Below, one piece after another: positions 1 through 11,343 of a stretch of 64,000 bases of DNA. Source of the DNA: an uncultured Gammaproteobacteria bacterium (GTDB lineage: Bacteria; Patescibacteriota; Microgenomatia; UBA8517); assembly GCA_964645605.1 (NCBI GenBank), contig CAZYCE010000001.1, positions 128,063 to 192,062 on the forward strand, written 5' to 3'. Made by a program: the position numbers and the translations under genes. The notes beneath the pieces were generated by a model, which saw nothing but the letters and a program-made list of their open reading frames with translations, did no database searches and was not told where the DNA came from. Every line of letters starts with the position of its first letter. The stretch's first letter is position 1.

Positions 1-817
<817 letters not shown>

Positions 818-838
818 TCAATTTTCAGTTTTCGAACC

Positions 839-1480
839 ATGGAAGAGTTAAAAAAATATTCAGGTAAAAAATTTATTAAAAACATCGCTTTTTTCGGCGA
901 TGCCAATATTTCCGAAACGGACGAAACTTATGTAGATGCTTTTGATGTTGCCGAGGCTTTGGCAAAAAGGGGCTATGTAATAATTGATGGAGGAGGCCCC
1001 GGTGTAATGGAGGCAGCAACAAGCGGTGCCAGAAAAGGCGGGGGAAAGACTGTTTCTATTACCTTTGATCCGGTCGGGGCAGTCGGATATGAGGGCCGTT
1101 ATCTTAAAAACGTCACGGATACGGAAGTAGTCACCACAAATTACATTGAGCGCATGTTTAAACTCCTGGAATATGGCGATGTATTTATTATTTTTAAAGG
1201 CGGAAGCGGGACCGTTTCGGAATTTGGGACGGCCTGGGTTTTGGCAAAACTTTACTATGGACACCATAAACCGATTATTCTTTACGGTAATTTCTGGGCG
1301 GAAGTTTTAGATGTTTTCAGGAAAAATATGAATATTGACTCAACTGAGATGAGCGTTTTTGAAATATGTTCAACGAAAGATGAAGTCCTTGCAGCTATTG
1401 AAAGATTCGAAAATAAAATTTCTCAAAGAGACCACTCAGGAGACGGCGACGGATCGATAGATAATGCCTTTAAAGTATAA
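839..1480 (+). CDS. LOG/lysine-decarboxylase-family nucleotide-binding protein
   Basis: GGGPGVMEAA and GGSGTVSE motifs. Confidence 0.85.
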   Translation: MEELKKYSGKKFIKNIAFFGDANISETDETYVDAFDVAEALAKRGYVIIDGGGPGVMEAATSGARKGGGKTVSITFDPVGAVGYEGRYLKNVTDTEVVTTNYIERMFKLLEYGDVFIIFKGGSGTVSEFGTAWVLAKLYYGHHKPIILYGNFWAEVLDVFRKNMNIDSTEMSVFEICSTKDEVLAAIERFENKISQRDHSGDGDGSIDNAFKV

Positions 1481-1508
1481 GCCCGGTTATTAGGCATTAG
1501 TAGTCAAT

Positions 1509-2285
1509 ATGAAAAAAACAACACAGGAACTTCAGGATATTTCAAAAAAAGTTCGAAAAGACATTATAGAGATGATTTACAAAGCGGAAAGTGGGCATCC
1601 CGGCGGATCGCTTTCTGCAGTGGAAATTTTAGTTGCACTTTATTTTGAGATTTTAGAAGATAACGATCATTTCTTTCTTTCCAACGGACACATTTGTCCG
1701 GCTCTATATTCGGTGATGGCTGAAAAAGGATTGATTGACAAGAATTTACTCTCCACCTATACGGAGCTTGAATCTCCCCTTCAAGGGCACCCTGAGCGGG
1801 GAAGACTACTGGGAATTGAAAACACTTCGGGACCTCTCGGACTCGGGCTTGCCCAAGCGGCAGGCTTTGCGGCGATCAAAAAAGATTCTTTTATCTATTG
1901 CATGACCAGCGATGGGGAGCACGACGAGGGTAACCATTGGGAGGCGGTTAATTTTGCTGCAAAATATAAGCTTTCAAATTTAATTCAAATAGTTGATAAA
2001 AACGGGATTCAGATAGAGGGAACGGTTGAGGAAATAATGCCTCTCGGGAACCTGAAAGAGAAATATGAAGCCGGGGGTTGGAATGCCATCGAAATTGATG
2101 GGCACAATTTTGAAGAAATCTTCGGGGCTTTTGAGGAAGCCAAGAAAAGCCGCGGTAAACCAACCGTAATTCTTGCAAAAACAATTTTCGGCAAAGGCGT
2201 TTCTTTTATGGAAGGAAATCCCGATTGGCATGCCAGGTCGCCCAACATAGATGAATACGATAAATCGGTCAAGGAGTTAGGCTAA
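1509..2285 (+). CDS. Transketolase, N-terminal subunit
   Basis: SGHPGGSLS, SNGH, LQGHP and SDGEHDEG (TPP-binding) motifs. Confidence 0.95.
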   Translation: MKKTTQELQDISKKVRKDIIEMIYKAESGHPGGSLSAVEILVALYFEILEDNDHFFLSNGHICPALYSVMAEKGLIDKNLLSTYTELESPLQGHPERGRLLGIENTSGPLGLGLAQAAGFAAIKKDSFIYCMTSDGEHDEGNHWEAVNFAAKYKLSNLIQIVDKNGIQIEGTVEEIMPLGNLKEKYEAGGWNAIEIDGHNFEEIFGAFEEAKKSRGKPTVILAKTIFGKGVSFMEGNPDWHARSPNIDEYDKSVKELG

Positions 2286-2300
2286 ATTATCAAATTACAA

Positions 2301-3254
2301 ATGACAAATTACAAATCAATGCGGGACGGATTTGAAGAAGCCCTGATCGAACTGGGGAATAGAAACATGCAAATTGTTGTCCTGACGGCGGATTTGGCTG
2401 AGTCCACTCATGTTAAAAAATTTGCGGAAAAATACCCCGATAGATTTTTTCAGGTTGGGGTTGCGGAACAGGCACTTGTTACGGTTGCGGCCGGAATGGC
2501 AGCGGCCGGGAAAATTCCTTTTACAACTTCGTATGCGGTATTTTCCCCAGGCAGAACTTTTGAACAGATAAAAGTTACCGCGGCGCTAAGTAGTCTCCCT
2601 GTCAAAATAGTGGGTGCACACGCGGGGTTTGGGGCATCGATGTATGGAGCCACTCACCAGAGTCTGGAGGATATTGCCATGATGAGGGTAATACCTAATA
2701 TGGTTGTTGAGGTCCCGGCTGACATTTTTGAGGCTAAAAAAGCAACTCTTGCCCTGGCCGAAAACGGAAAACCTTCTTATCTGCGTCTGGCCAGACAGGA
2801 TTCGGAAGTTATAACAAATAAAAATTCAAAATATGAAATCGGCAAGGCAGAAATTTTGCACGAGGGTAAAGACCCCCAAGTGGCAATAATCGGAGCTGGC
2901 CCTATTCTCTCCGAAGGACTTACAGCAGCCGAGGAACTAGCAAGTATAGGGATCGAAACACAGGTTATTAATTGCCATACCATAAAACCAATCGATGACA
3001 TTGCCATTACAAATGCCGCAAGGATTTGCGGTGCTATCGTAACGGTTGAAGAGCATCAGATAATGGGGGGGTTGGGATCGGCAGTTGCCGAGGTTGTCGT
3101 CCAGGGACATCAAGTTCCGATGGAATTTATTGGGGTGAAAGACTCTTTTGGGGAATCAGCCAAAACTTACCAGGAACTTTGGAGGAAATTCGGATTGACA
3201 AAAAGCAATATAATTGAGGCAGTAAAGAAAGTTATTGCAAGGAAGAACGCTTAG
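2301..3254 (+). CDS. Transketolase, C-terminal subunit
   Basis: GVAEQ, GATHQ and VEEHQ..GGLGS motifs. Confidence 0.95.
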   Translation: MTNYKSMRDGFEEALIELGNRNMQIVVLTADLAESTHVKKFAEKYPDRFFQVGVAEQALVTVAAGMAAAGKIPFTTSYAVFSPGRTFEQIKVTAALSSLPVKIVGAHAGFGASMYGATHQSLEDIAMMRVIPNMVVEVPADIFEAKKATLALAENGKPSYLRLARQDSEVITNKNSKYEIGKAEILHEGKDPQVAIIGAGPILSEGLTAAEELASIGIETQVINCHTIKPIDDIAITNAARICGAIVTVEEHQIMGGLGSAVAEVVVQGHQVPMEFIGVKDSFGESAKTYQELWRKFGLTKSNIIEAVKKVIARKNA

Positions 3255-3273
3255 TCGAAGGGGGGTGAGAATA

Positions 3274-3531
3274 ATGGGGAACTTAAAGGTACAGAAAAAA
3301 GACGGGAGTCTTGAGGATTTTGACCGCTCAAAGGTAAAAAACGGGATTCTTAGCTCCGGTGCGCCGGAAGAACAAGCGGAAAATATCACCATGCAAATAG
3401 AAAACTGGGCTCCGTCCGCTGCTACAAATGGGGTTATTAGGGCGCTTGATATTAAGACAAAGCTTTTAGAGCTCTTGGGTGAGATTAATCCCGAGGCAAA
3501 GGCGACTTTTGAGAATTATAAAAAGGTGTAG
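3274..3531 (+). CDS. Stand-alone ATP-cone domain protein
   Basis: VQKKDGSLEDFDRSKV ATP-cone signature; GGGGGTGA SD before ATG 3274. Confidence 0.85.
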   Translation: MGNLKVQKKDGSLEDFDRSKVKNGILSSGAPEEQAENITMQIENWAPSAATNGVIRALDIKTKLLELLGEINPEAKATFENYKKV

Positions 3532-3549
3532 TTTATTTTACCGAAGGTG

Positions 3550-4429
3550 TCAGTAGGCGGTGCCTTTAAAATCGGGGCAGTTCTCTTTGTACCAGTTCAT
3601 TTCTTCTTTGGAACATTTTGCCGGAGAGTCGGGTGACGGCATACAATCAGCCCATCCACTGGGCGGACAGGCGTAGGTAGTTTTTGGTGCGGTGTCGGAC
3701 TTTCCAAAAATTTAAAAGTGGAGAGAATTTCATCTTATATTGTCCAGTAAGGGTTGGTTGAATATGAAAGATTTGCTCGTGATATTACAATAATGCCGTT
3801 CTTGTTTGGTGCATAAAGGTAATACAGATGGCAATTGAAAGATAATTCGACTTGATATGCTTCTATATTTCCGAAAATGGATGTTTTCTGTTTTGTGGGG
3901 GAATAATCTGAATATTTTTTTGAGGTTGCGGCTGCATAGGTGTCGACATATTTTTCCAAAATTCGACGCAGAAATATCAGAGACATAATATATGGCTATT
4001 CCGCTAAATGTTTATGCGTCACCTTCATATTCATGATTTAATTCGGCAAATGTTTATATCAATTTTACATTTCCCGTTAATGGTCCGGGAAGATAGTCTT
4101 TATTTTCTGGTACAAGCGGGCCTTTAAAGGTAAACCCAATCTATTCATTTGTATATGTTTTCAATCTGCGGTTGGATCGGGGGTTACGGTTGGGGTGGGG
4201 ACGGGGGTTGGTTCAGGTTTAACAAAAAGGTTTTTGTGGGCATAGACTCCTCCGATCCCCAGAACTGTAAGGATTAAAATAATCGATAAAATGGGAATTA
4301 ATTTATTTTTTGCTTTGGAAGTTCAGATGCAACGTGGGTAAGAGGCGAGCCGGTTGAGCTTTCTTTAGCAATAGATACGTTGACCATTGGCGGCAAATCA
4401 CTTTGTTGTGGCATTGGAATTTGCTCCAT
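3550..4429 (-). pseudogene. Frameshifted membrane-anchored, Pro/Thr-linker surface protein (PsbP-like, CPR type)
   Basis: Fragments in different frames: TM segment LIPILSIILILTVLGIGG, PEPTPVPTPTVTPDPTA linker, KTYTNE, ILSTFKF and Cys-rich tail YACPPSGWADCMPSP; several frameshifts and stops. Confidence 0.65.
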
Positions 4430-4452
4430 AATTAAATATACAACCCTGGATA

Positions 4453-4983
4453 TTAAAAAGTAATAGGAACCTCAAAAGTTTTGGAATTTGCCGGATCTCC
4501 GCTTGGATTATCGTTTTCCAATACCAAAATTCCTGAGCCAGAAGCTTCCTTAAATGTTAAAGTGGCGGTAAAACCTACCGGATTTCCGCTTTGCCAACTC
4601 CCCGGCATAACTTCCTTTGCCTGTCCAGACACTAGGATTTTTTGATTTGAATCAAGTATTTTAATTGGAAAAACCCCTTCAAACATCCATCCCGCAGGCA
4701 CCACTCCGGTTATCGTAAGGGGGCTTTTAATTTTTGATCCTGCAGCCGGGGAGGCGATAGTAGGCTCTTGTAGTATTTCAGTCGGTGGTGTTGGTGCTGG
4801 GGTATTTGTTATCATAGGCAATTGTTGATACTCGGCCAATTTTTTCTTAAGACTTTGATTTTGATTATAAAAAAAGATGACGAGTCCAAGGGCGCAAACT
4901 ATAAAAATCGCAAAACTTAGAACGGCGCCGGTCCCGCTGGATCTTCTTTTTTGGGGAGTAGGTACTGGGTAAGAGCTTTCCAT
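4453..4983 (-). CDS. Membrane-anchored Gmad2 immunoglobulin-like domain protein
   Basis: N-terminal TM, PT linker, SPLTITG...WMFEGVFPI...NDNPSG motifs. Confidence 0.8.
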   Translation of the reverse strand: MESSYPVPTPQKRRSSGTGAVLSFAIFIVCALGLVIFFYNQNQSLKKKLAEYQQLPMITNTPAPTPPTEILQEPTIASPAAGSKIKSPLTITGVVPAGWMFEGVFPIKILDSNQKILVSGQAKEVMPGSWQSGNPVGFTATLTFKEASGSGILVLENDNPSGDPANSKTFEVPITF

Positions 4984-5119
4984 GTTTAGAATTCTAGCAC
5001 AATCCGCTTTACTCAGGAAACGATAAGCTTTAAACTAAGAACTACATAGAAAATTTCGTCAGAAGAGATTAAGTGGTTCAAAGAATCTCCAAGGATGAAT
5101 TTTATATGACGTAAACATA

Positions 5120-6097
5120 ATGGAAGAAACTGTCCAAAATATACTTGCACCGGGAAAAGGCATACTTGCTGCCGATGAAAGCACTAAAACAATTACTGAC
5201 CGATTCGCATCAATTGGTTTAGAGTCCACATCCGACCTAAACAGAAAATACAGAGAAATGTTGGTAACTACTCCCAACATTGAGAATTATCTTGGCGGGG
5301 TGATATTTTTTGACGAGACCGTAAAACAGAAGATAGGGGAGAAAACATTCGTTGAATATTTAACCGGTCGTGGAATTGTCCCCGGAATAAAAGTTGACGA
5401 AGGATTAGAACCTTTCAACGGTACTGAAGAAAAAACCACCAAGGGAATCGAAACTTTAGATGCCCGACTCAGGGAATATTCCAGAATGGGATTAAAATTT
5501 ACCAAATGGAGAGCGGCAATTTTGATCACGGACATTTTTCCGTCGGATGCTTTTTTGGAGGAAAATATGGAACGTTTGGCAAAATTTGCTGAAATTTCTC
5601 AGGCTAACGGTTTTGTTCCGATAGTCGAGCCGGAGATTCTTCTTACTGGAAACCATACCACGACACGCTGTGCCGAAATCGAGACAAAGGTTCTTAGAAT
5701 CCTTTTTAAAAAAATAAAAACCAAAAATCTCGATCTGGGTAACCTTCTTCTTAAAACCAGCATGGTCCTTCCCGGAAAAGATAGCGGTATAACGGCAGAA
5801 CCTTTGGAGGTTGCCCATGCAACTCTCAGGACTCTTGAAAAATCGGTTCCGTCGGAAGTTGCCGGAATAGTTTTTCTTTCGGGTGGACAGACTCCTGAGG
5901 CTGCAACAAATAATTTGAATGAAATAGTAAAGCTTAAGGCGGATGCTCCCTGGGATATTTCGTTTTCTTTTGCAAGAGCCTTGCAGGAGGAAGCAATGTC
6001 TGTCTGGGCTGGAAAAGATGAGAATGTCGTCGCGGCGCAAGAAGTATTTATAAAGCGTTTGGTAAAAGTCTCGAATGCCCGAAATGGAAAACTTTGA
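5120..6097 (+). CDS. Class I fructose-bisphosphate aldolase
   Basis: GKGILAADES, PIVEPE, FLSGGQ and SFSFARALQ motifs. Confidence 0.95.
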   Translation: MEETVQNILAPGKGILAADESTKTITDRFASIGLESTSDLNRKYREMLVTTPNIENYLGGVIFFDETVKQKIGEKTFVEYLTGRGIVPGIKVDEGLEPFNGTEEKTTKGIETLDARLREYSRMGLKFTKWRAAILITDIFPSDAFLEENMERLAKFAEISQANGFVPIVEPEILLTGNHTTTRCAEIETKVLRILFKKIKTKNLDLGNLLLKTSMVLPGKDSGITAEPLEVAHATLRTLEKSVPSEVAGIVFLSGGQTPEAATNNLNEIVKLKADAPWDISFSFARALQEEAMSVWAGKDENVVAAQEVFIKRLVKVSNARNGKL

Positions 6098-7085
6098 CCT
6101 ACTCTCAATAGGAGACGCCTCAATTGACGTCTTTATGTCTCCAATGGAAAGCGAAACCATCTGTCGGCTAGACACGAAAGAATGTTCTATATGTTTTGAT
6201 TACGGAGATAAAATTCCTGTTAAGAATTTAGAATTTTCAATTGGGGGGAATGCCGCCAACAACGCAATCGGTACCAGACGTTTGGGAATTTCTACGGGGA
6301 TTGTTCTAACGTTGGGAGAGGATAACGTTGGAAATATGATTGTCAGGAAACTTAAAGATGAGGCAGTTGATGCAACTTACATAATTCAACAACCGGCCAC
6401 CTCTTCAAATTATTCAACAGTAATAAATTATTCGGGGGAGCGTACAATATTCGTATACCACGCCCCCAGGAGTTATGAATTTCCGGTACATCTTCCGGTT
6501 ACCCCCTGGATTTATTTGACCAGCATGGGTGAAAGCTTTAGGCCTTTTTATATTCACATGGTCGATTGGCTTCGTGCAAATCCTACTACCAAACTCGCAT
6601 TTAACCCGGGGAGTTGGCAAATGCGCTCGGGCTTTGAAAACATTCAAGATGTTATGGCACTTTCCTATGTTGTTTTTGTAAACAGGGATGAAGCGGAAAA
6701 ACTTACAAAATTTGAGGGAGATAGTAAAGATAAAGAAAGAGATCTTTTAATTGCCCTAAGTAGACTTGGTCCGAAGATTTGCATTGTTACGGATGGGGGA
6801 AACGGATCATTTGCATATGACTCTATAAACGGCAAGTTTTTAAAAGCGGGAGTACTTCCCGTTGACGCATATGAACGAACTGGAGCAGGCGACGCCTTTG
6901 GCTCCGGAACTTTGGCTGCACTTATTCACGGAAAACCCCTGGACGAAGCTCTTATCTGGGGAACATGCAATTCTGCCTCAGTAATTGGTTATACCGGTTC
7001 GCAGAAAGGGCTTTTGAAATTCGAGGAAATGGAGGCATGGCTTGCCAGGGCTAAAAGCAGCGGAGTAAGTGTTGTACAATTTTAA
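6075..7085 (+). CDS. PfkB-family carbohydrate kinase (start may be 6084)
   Basis: GGNAANNA and TGAGDAF motifs. Confidence 0.92.
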   Translation: MPEMENFDLLSIGDASIDVFMSPMESETICRLDTKECSICFDYGDKIPVKNLEFSIGGNAANNAIGTRRLGISTGIVLTLGEDNVGNMIVRKLKDEAVDATYIIQQPATSSNYSTVINYSGERTIFVYHAPRSYEFPVHLPVTPWIYLTSMGESFRPFYIHMVDWLRANPTTKLAFNPGSWQMRSGFENIQDVMALSYVVFVNRDEAEKLTKFEGDSKDKERDLLIALSRLGPKICIVTDGGNGSFAYDSINGKFLKAGVLPVDAYERTGAGDAFGSGTLAALIHGKPLDEALIWGTCNSASVIGYTGSQKGLLKFEEMEAWLARAKSSGVSVVQF

Positions 7086-7097
7086 TATATTTAAATT

Positions 7098-8084
7098 ATG
7101 AAAATTTTTGTGACAAGACAGATACCGGGAGATCATTTAGAAAAGCTTAAAAAGGTAGGCTTCGAAGTAGTTATATCTCTCTTTAACAGGCCTCTTGAAA
7201 CAGAGGAGCTTTTGGCAGGGATTGCCGGAATGGACGCAATTTTGAGCCTTCTGACAGATAAAATTGACGGTGATGTGATGGATGCCGCCGGACCTCAGCT
7301 CAAGATAATCAGCAACTATGCGGTAGGTTTTGATAATGTCGACGTGGAGGCTGCAACAAAACGCGGAATTGTTGTTACAAATACACCATCAGATGAGGTT
7401 AACGAGGCCGTGGCGGAACACACCTGGGCGCTTTTGCTGGCTCTAGCCCGCCGTATTGTTGAGGCTGATGAAGCAACAAGACACGGCGCCTACAAAGGCT
7501 GGGAACCTGATATGTTCCTCGGCACAAATTTAATAGGAAAGACTCTGGGAATTGTGGGAATGGGAAGAATCGGCTCAATGGTTGCAAGACGTGCGCAGGG
7601 TTATAAAATGAACGTTCTTTATAACAAACATACCCCCGATCCTGATGCTGAACGCGAACTTGGGGTTAAGTTTGCTACGCTCGACGAACTTTTAGGTGAA
7701 TCCGACTTTGTTTCGCTTCACCTACCTCTAACTCTCGAGACGAGGCATATGGTGAATGCTGCCACTTTTGCCAAAATGAAAAAAGGATCTTACCTCATAA
7801 ATACCGCCAGGGGGCCGATTGTTGATGAGAGGGCGCTTGTAAATGCTCTTTCTGATGCGCAAATTGCCGGGGCCGCGCTTGATGTTTTTGACAATGAACC
7901 GAATATCGACCCGGAGTTAATTTCTAATCAGAAAGTTATAACAACGCCCCATATTGCCTCGGCTACATGGGAGGCAAGAAATAAAATGGGGGAGCAGGCA
8001 GTTTCCGCACTTATAGATACTCTTACAGGTATCAAACCCCAAAATATGGTAAATGAGAAAGTTTGGGAGATGAGAAGGAAATAA
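7098..8084 (+). CDS. D-2-hydroxyacid (D-glycerate/glyoxylate) dehydrogenase
   Basis: GMGRIG, INTARG, LDVF..EP and TPHIAS motifs. Confidence 0.93.
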   Translation: MKIFVTRQIPGDHLEKLKKVGFEVVISLFNRPLETEELLAGIAGMDAILSLLTDKIDGDVMDAAGPQLKIISNYAVGFDNVDVEAATKRGIVVTNTPSDEVNEAVAEHTWALLLALARRIVEADEATRHGAYKGWEPDMFLGTNLIGKTLGIVGMGRIGSMVARRAQGYKMNVLYNKHTPDPDAERELGVKFATLDELLGESDFVSLHLPLTLETRHMVNAATFAKMKKGSYLINTARGPIVDERALVNALSDAQIAGAALDVFDNEPNIDPELISNQKVITTPHIASATWEARNKMGEQAVSALIDTLTGIKPQNMVNEKVWEMRRK

Positions 8085-8086
8085 AC

Positions 8087-8401
8087 ATGGCATTATTTGG
8101 CAAGAAAGAAGATCCGGCTGAAGAAGAAGACTACGAAGAGGGGCGAAAAATTAAAAGGAAACTTAAAGATTTAAAGCCTGAAAACAAAAAGAAAAGAAAG
8201 GAACCTCCGAAGCCTTGGGGTAGGAAAGAAAGGATAATTATTCTTTCGGTTCTTCTTGTAACGACCATTATTTCAGCTGTTCTCCTATTGAGAAATTCGG
8301 AGGGTTTAGGTATTGAAGAAGGGAAAATACATTTTTCCAAAATTAACCTTAATTCAATAAATATCTTTAGAGGGGAGACAATAACAATTGAGAAAAAATG
8401 A
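8087..8401 (+). CDS. Hypothetical single-TM protein
   Basis: Operonic ORF with a basic N-terminus and one TM segment. Confidence 0.65.
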   Translation: MALFGKKEDPAEEEDYEEGRKIKRKLKDLKPENKKKRKEPPKPWGRKERIIILSVLLVTTIISAVLLLRNSEGLGIEEGKIHFSKINLNSINIFRGETITIEKK

Positions 8402-9075
8402 AAAAACTTGATAGTCCGTTTATCTTAATAAAAAGATCCTGTGACATTTTTTTCCAAAAGGAGAATCTTGTTGCTCTGGCCCGAGTTTATCTGCCAATTG
8501 GAATACTGTCCTTAATTACTTTTTTACCTTCATTTATTCCCGCATGGAAAAGCTTTTTTGATAGGGATGCCGTCATGATATGTATAAACCTCACTTTTGC
8601 CCTAACCGGAATTTTTGTAAATCTCGCTGGCATAATTGCTATATTTAAAATCGTTAGAGAAGAAAAAGTGCGGACCAAAAAAATTTTCAAAGAGGCATTC
8701 TCTATTTATGGCAAGTTTTTGATTTTTTTCATAACACTTTATCTCATATACGCTTTGGGACTAATTTTATTAATAATTCCATTTGTTCTGGCGGTCACCT
8801 GGTTTACCTTCAGCAAATTTATATTTATAGAAAAAGAGGTTGGCATTAAGGCTGCCCTTACCGAAAGCAGAAAGCTGGTAAAAGGACGTTTCTGGCAGAT
8901 TTTGGAGAGGATTATTATTTTTGGGCTTTTCTCACTTGCGGCACAAATTGTTCTGACGGCCATTCTATTTGAGCTGGGTGTGGTTATTTTTTATCTTTGT
9001 GGCGGGTTGTTTGTTCTTCCACAGTATCTTCTATATAAACAGCTGCGTTCCGAAGCCGAAACCATTAGCGGCTAA
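8398..9075 (+). CDS. Hypothetical polytopic membrane protein
   Basis: Several hydrophobic segments; ATGA overlap with the upstream gene. Confidence 0.75.
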   Translation: MKKLDSPFILIKRSCDIFFQKENLVALARVYLPIGILSLITFLPSFIPAWKSFFDRDAVMICINLTFALTGIFVNLAGIIAIFKIVREEKVRTKKIFKEAFSIYGKFLIFFITLYLIYALGLILLIIPFVLAVTWFTFSKFIFIEKEVGIKAALTESRKLVKGRFWQILERIIIFGLFSLAAQIVLTAILFELGVVIFYLCGGLFVLPQYLLYKQLRSEAETISG

Positions 9076-11284
9076 ATTGGGTACTTGCTCCCGTATTTAG
9101 GATATCGTTTTTATTTATTCCTTGAGAAGATGACGGAGGGGTGCAGCGTCTTACTGGTCTTGTTTCATCTAAAAACCACTCTTGTTTAGTCACACACCCG
9201 TCACATGGAAGGGATCCTGTGGCGGAGCAAATATTGATTCTACTCACACCTGTTGGTGGATTCCAGTCGATTGAAGGTTGTCCGTTTAATACTGCCGACA
9301 TTATTTTATTCCAGATAGGTGATGCACCCGTTACGCCTGAGGCAACACGGCTCATGGGAGAGTTATCATTATTCCCAACCCAAGCTAGAACCAGATAATT
9401 TTGGTTATATCCCACTGTCCAGTTGTCCCGAAGATCGTTGCTTGTGCCGGTTTTGACAGCCACTTCGGGGTGGTTTTTAATAACCAGATAGGAGTTAAAA
9501 CCAAATTCGGGAGCACGGGCAACATTATCCTTTAAAACATCGGTCAAAAGAAAAGCGACTCTTTCATCGATTGTTTGGATTGTAATAGGATCATTTTTTT
9601 CTAAAGTTTGCCCCTTATAGTTTTTTACTTCCAGTATTGGTAAAAGGTCTGGAGTACGGCCGGAATTTGAAAGTGTTGCATAAACCTTAGCCAGCTCTAA
9701 ACCCTTAACGGCTCCTCCACCAAGGGTAAGTGATAAACCGTAATTTGAAGGTTCTGTCCAAGTGGTAATACCCATTTTTTGCCCTTCTTCAATCATTTTG
9801 GAAACTCCATACGAAGCCAAAACTTTGACAGCCGGTATATTTCTGCTTTCTGCCAGTGCGCTTCTTAATGTAATCCGTCCACGGTATTTTCCGTCATAAT
9901 TAACGGGAGAGTAGGGCGTGGTGCCCGGGGTATAAAAAGTAATCGGGGAATCATCTATTGTTGAGGCGAGTGTCATTCCATTCGCCAAAGCATAGGCATA
10001 ATTTACAACTTTGATGGAACTGCCTGGCTGTCTCAAGCTTGTTAGTACGTTAACATTTCCGTCTTGTTCCACATCAAAATAATCTTTGGATCCAACCATG
10101 GCCAATATTTCTCCAGTTTGGGGATTAATTACAAGCGCTGCTCCATTTCCTACATGTAGGTTTTTTAATTTATCAACTTCATCTTTGACCACATTCTCGG
10201 CAGTTTCCTGAATAGATAAATCCAGACTTGTTATGACCTCCAGACCTCCTTTTTCGACAATCTCCTCGCCATATTTATCAACAAGTATCTGCCGGATATA
10301 CATGACGAAGTGAGGGGCTTTAATCTCAGTCTTTTTTGAAACAAAATGAAGTTTTTCTCCAGCCGTTTCAACCTCCTGTGCTTGGGTAATATATCCGTTG
10401 ACTCTCATTAAATGTAATACCTCTCTTTGCCTTTCGAAGGCAAGATCCGGGTTTGAGCCGAAAGGAGAAAAGCTTGTCGGACTTTTTGGAAGTCCCGCCA
10501 AAAGAGCCGCTTCGGCAAGATCTAACTGGGTAACATTTTTTCCAAAATACGATTCGGAGGCCTCCTCTATTCCATATGCCGTTCCACCATAGCTGACCTC
10601 ATTCAAATACATTTCCAGAATTTGATCCTTGGTATACATTCCCTCAATTTCTATTGAGAGAATAATCTCACGGATTTTACGAGTCAAAGTTTTTTCCGGG
10701 GATAAAAGAGTATTTTTAACCAGCTGTTGGGTGATTGTGGAACCTCCTTGAGTCGAGCCGGTTTTGATATCATTTATGATAGCCCTGAATATTCCCCTAA
10801 CTGAAAAACCGGGATGAGAATAAAACTCTGCATCCTCCGCGGCAAGAGTTGCAAGCCTTACGCTTTCTGGTATTTGTGTTAAAGGAATGATAGTTCTATT
10901 TTTGTCTTTATAAATTTTATAGAGAAGATTTCCGTTTCTATCGTAAATTTTAGTTGAAACCTCTGGGGTTCTTGAAGCTAGTTCGGAGGGGGAGGGCATG
11001 TCTTTAAGAATTAGTAAATAAAAAACTAAACCAGTTCCTAAAATTGCGGTGGTAATTAATACAAAAACCCAAGGTAATTTGACAGGCTTTTTGTATTTAT
11101 GAATCGGTTTAACTTTTTTAACTTTTTTCTTCCCCTTTTTCCTTTTTTGGGGTTTGGATACTTTTTTAAATTTAATGGAGTTGATTTTGTCGATGATTAA
11201 AACCGGCAGAAGAATTAGACCGGCGAAAAGAAAATAAAATGGTTTTCCGAGCAAAGACAGGATGCGTTTTATGGCCTTAAGCAT
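9065..11284 (-). CDS. Class A penicillin-binding protein (PBP1A family)
   Basis: EDAEFY and GGSTITQQLVKN (transglycosylase); SSIK, SRN and KTGT (transpeptidase). Confidence 0.96.
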   Translation of the reverse strand: MLKAIKRILSLLGKPFYFLFAGLILLPVLIIDKINSIKFKKVSKPQKRKKGKKKVKKVKPIHKYKKPVKLPWVFVLITTAILGTGLVFYLLILKDMPSPSELASRTPEVSTKIYDRNGNLLYKIYKDKNRTIIPLTQIPESVRLATLAAEDAEFYSHPGFSVRGIFRAIINDIKTGSTQGGSTITQQLVKNTLLSPEKTLTRKIREIILSIEIEGMYTKDQILEMYLNEVSYGGTAYGIEEASESYFGKNVTQLDLAEAALLAGLPKSPTSFSPFGSNPDLAFERQREVLHLMRVNGYITQAQEVETAGEKLHFVSKKTEIKAPHFVMYIRQILVDKYGEEIVEKGGLEVITSLDLSIQETAENVVKDEVDKLKNLHVGNGAALVINPQTGEILAMVGSKDYFDVEQDGNVNVLTSLRQPGSSIKVVNYAYALANGMTLASTIDDSPITFYTPGTTPYSPVNYDGKYRGRITLRSALAESRNIPAVKVLASYGVSKMIEEGQKMGITTWTEPSNYGLSLTLGGGAVKGLELAKVYATLSNSGRTPDLLPILEVKNYKGQTLEKNDPITIQTIDERVAFLLTDVLKDNVARAPEFGFNSYLVIKNHPEVAVKTGTSNDLRDNWTVGYNQNYLVLAWVGNNDNSPMSRVASGVTGASPIWNKIMSAVLNGQPSIDWNPPTGVSRINICSATGSLPCDGCVTKQEWFLDETRPVRRCTPPSSSQGINKNDILNTGASTQFSR

Positions 11285-11343
11285 ATCGAGCTATTTTCCG
11301 CGAATTGTACCAGCAAAGAGTCCAAAATAATAGATTTAGTGTT

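Noticed and set aside
5492-6175. Long antisense ORFs (also 27571-28176, 38704-39300, 46502-47032 and others)
   Set aside because: Shadow frames opposite well-supported genes, with no motifs.
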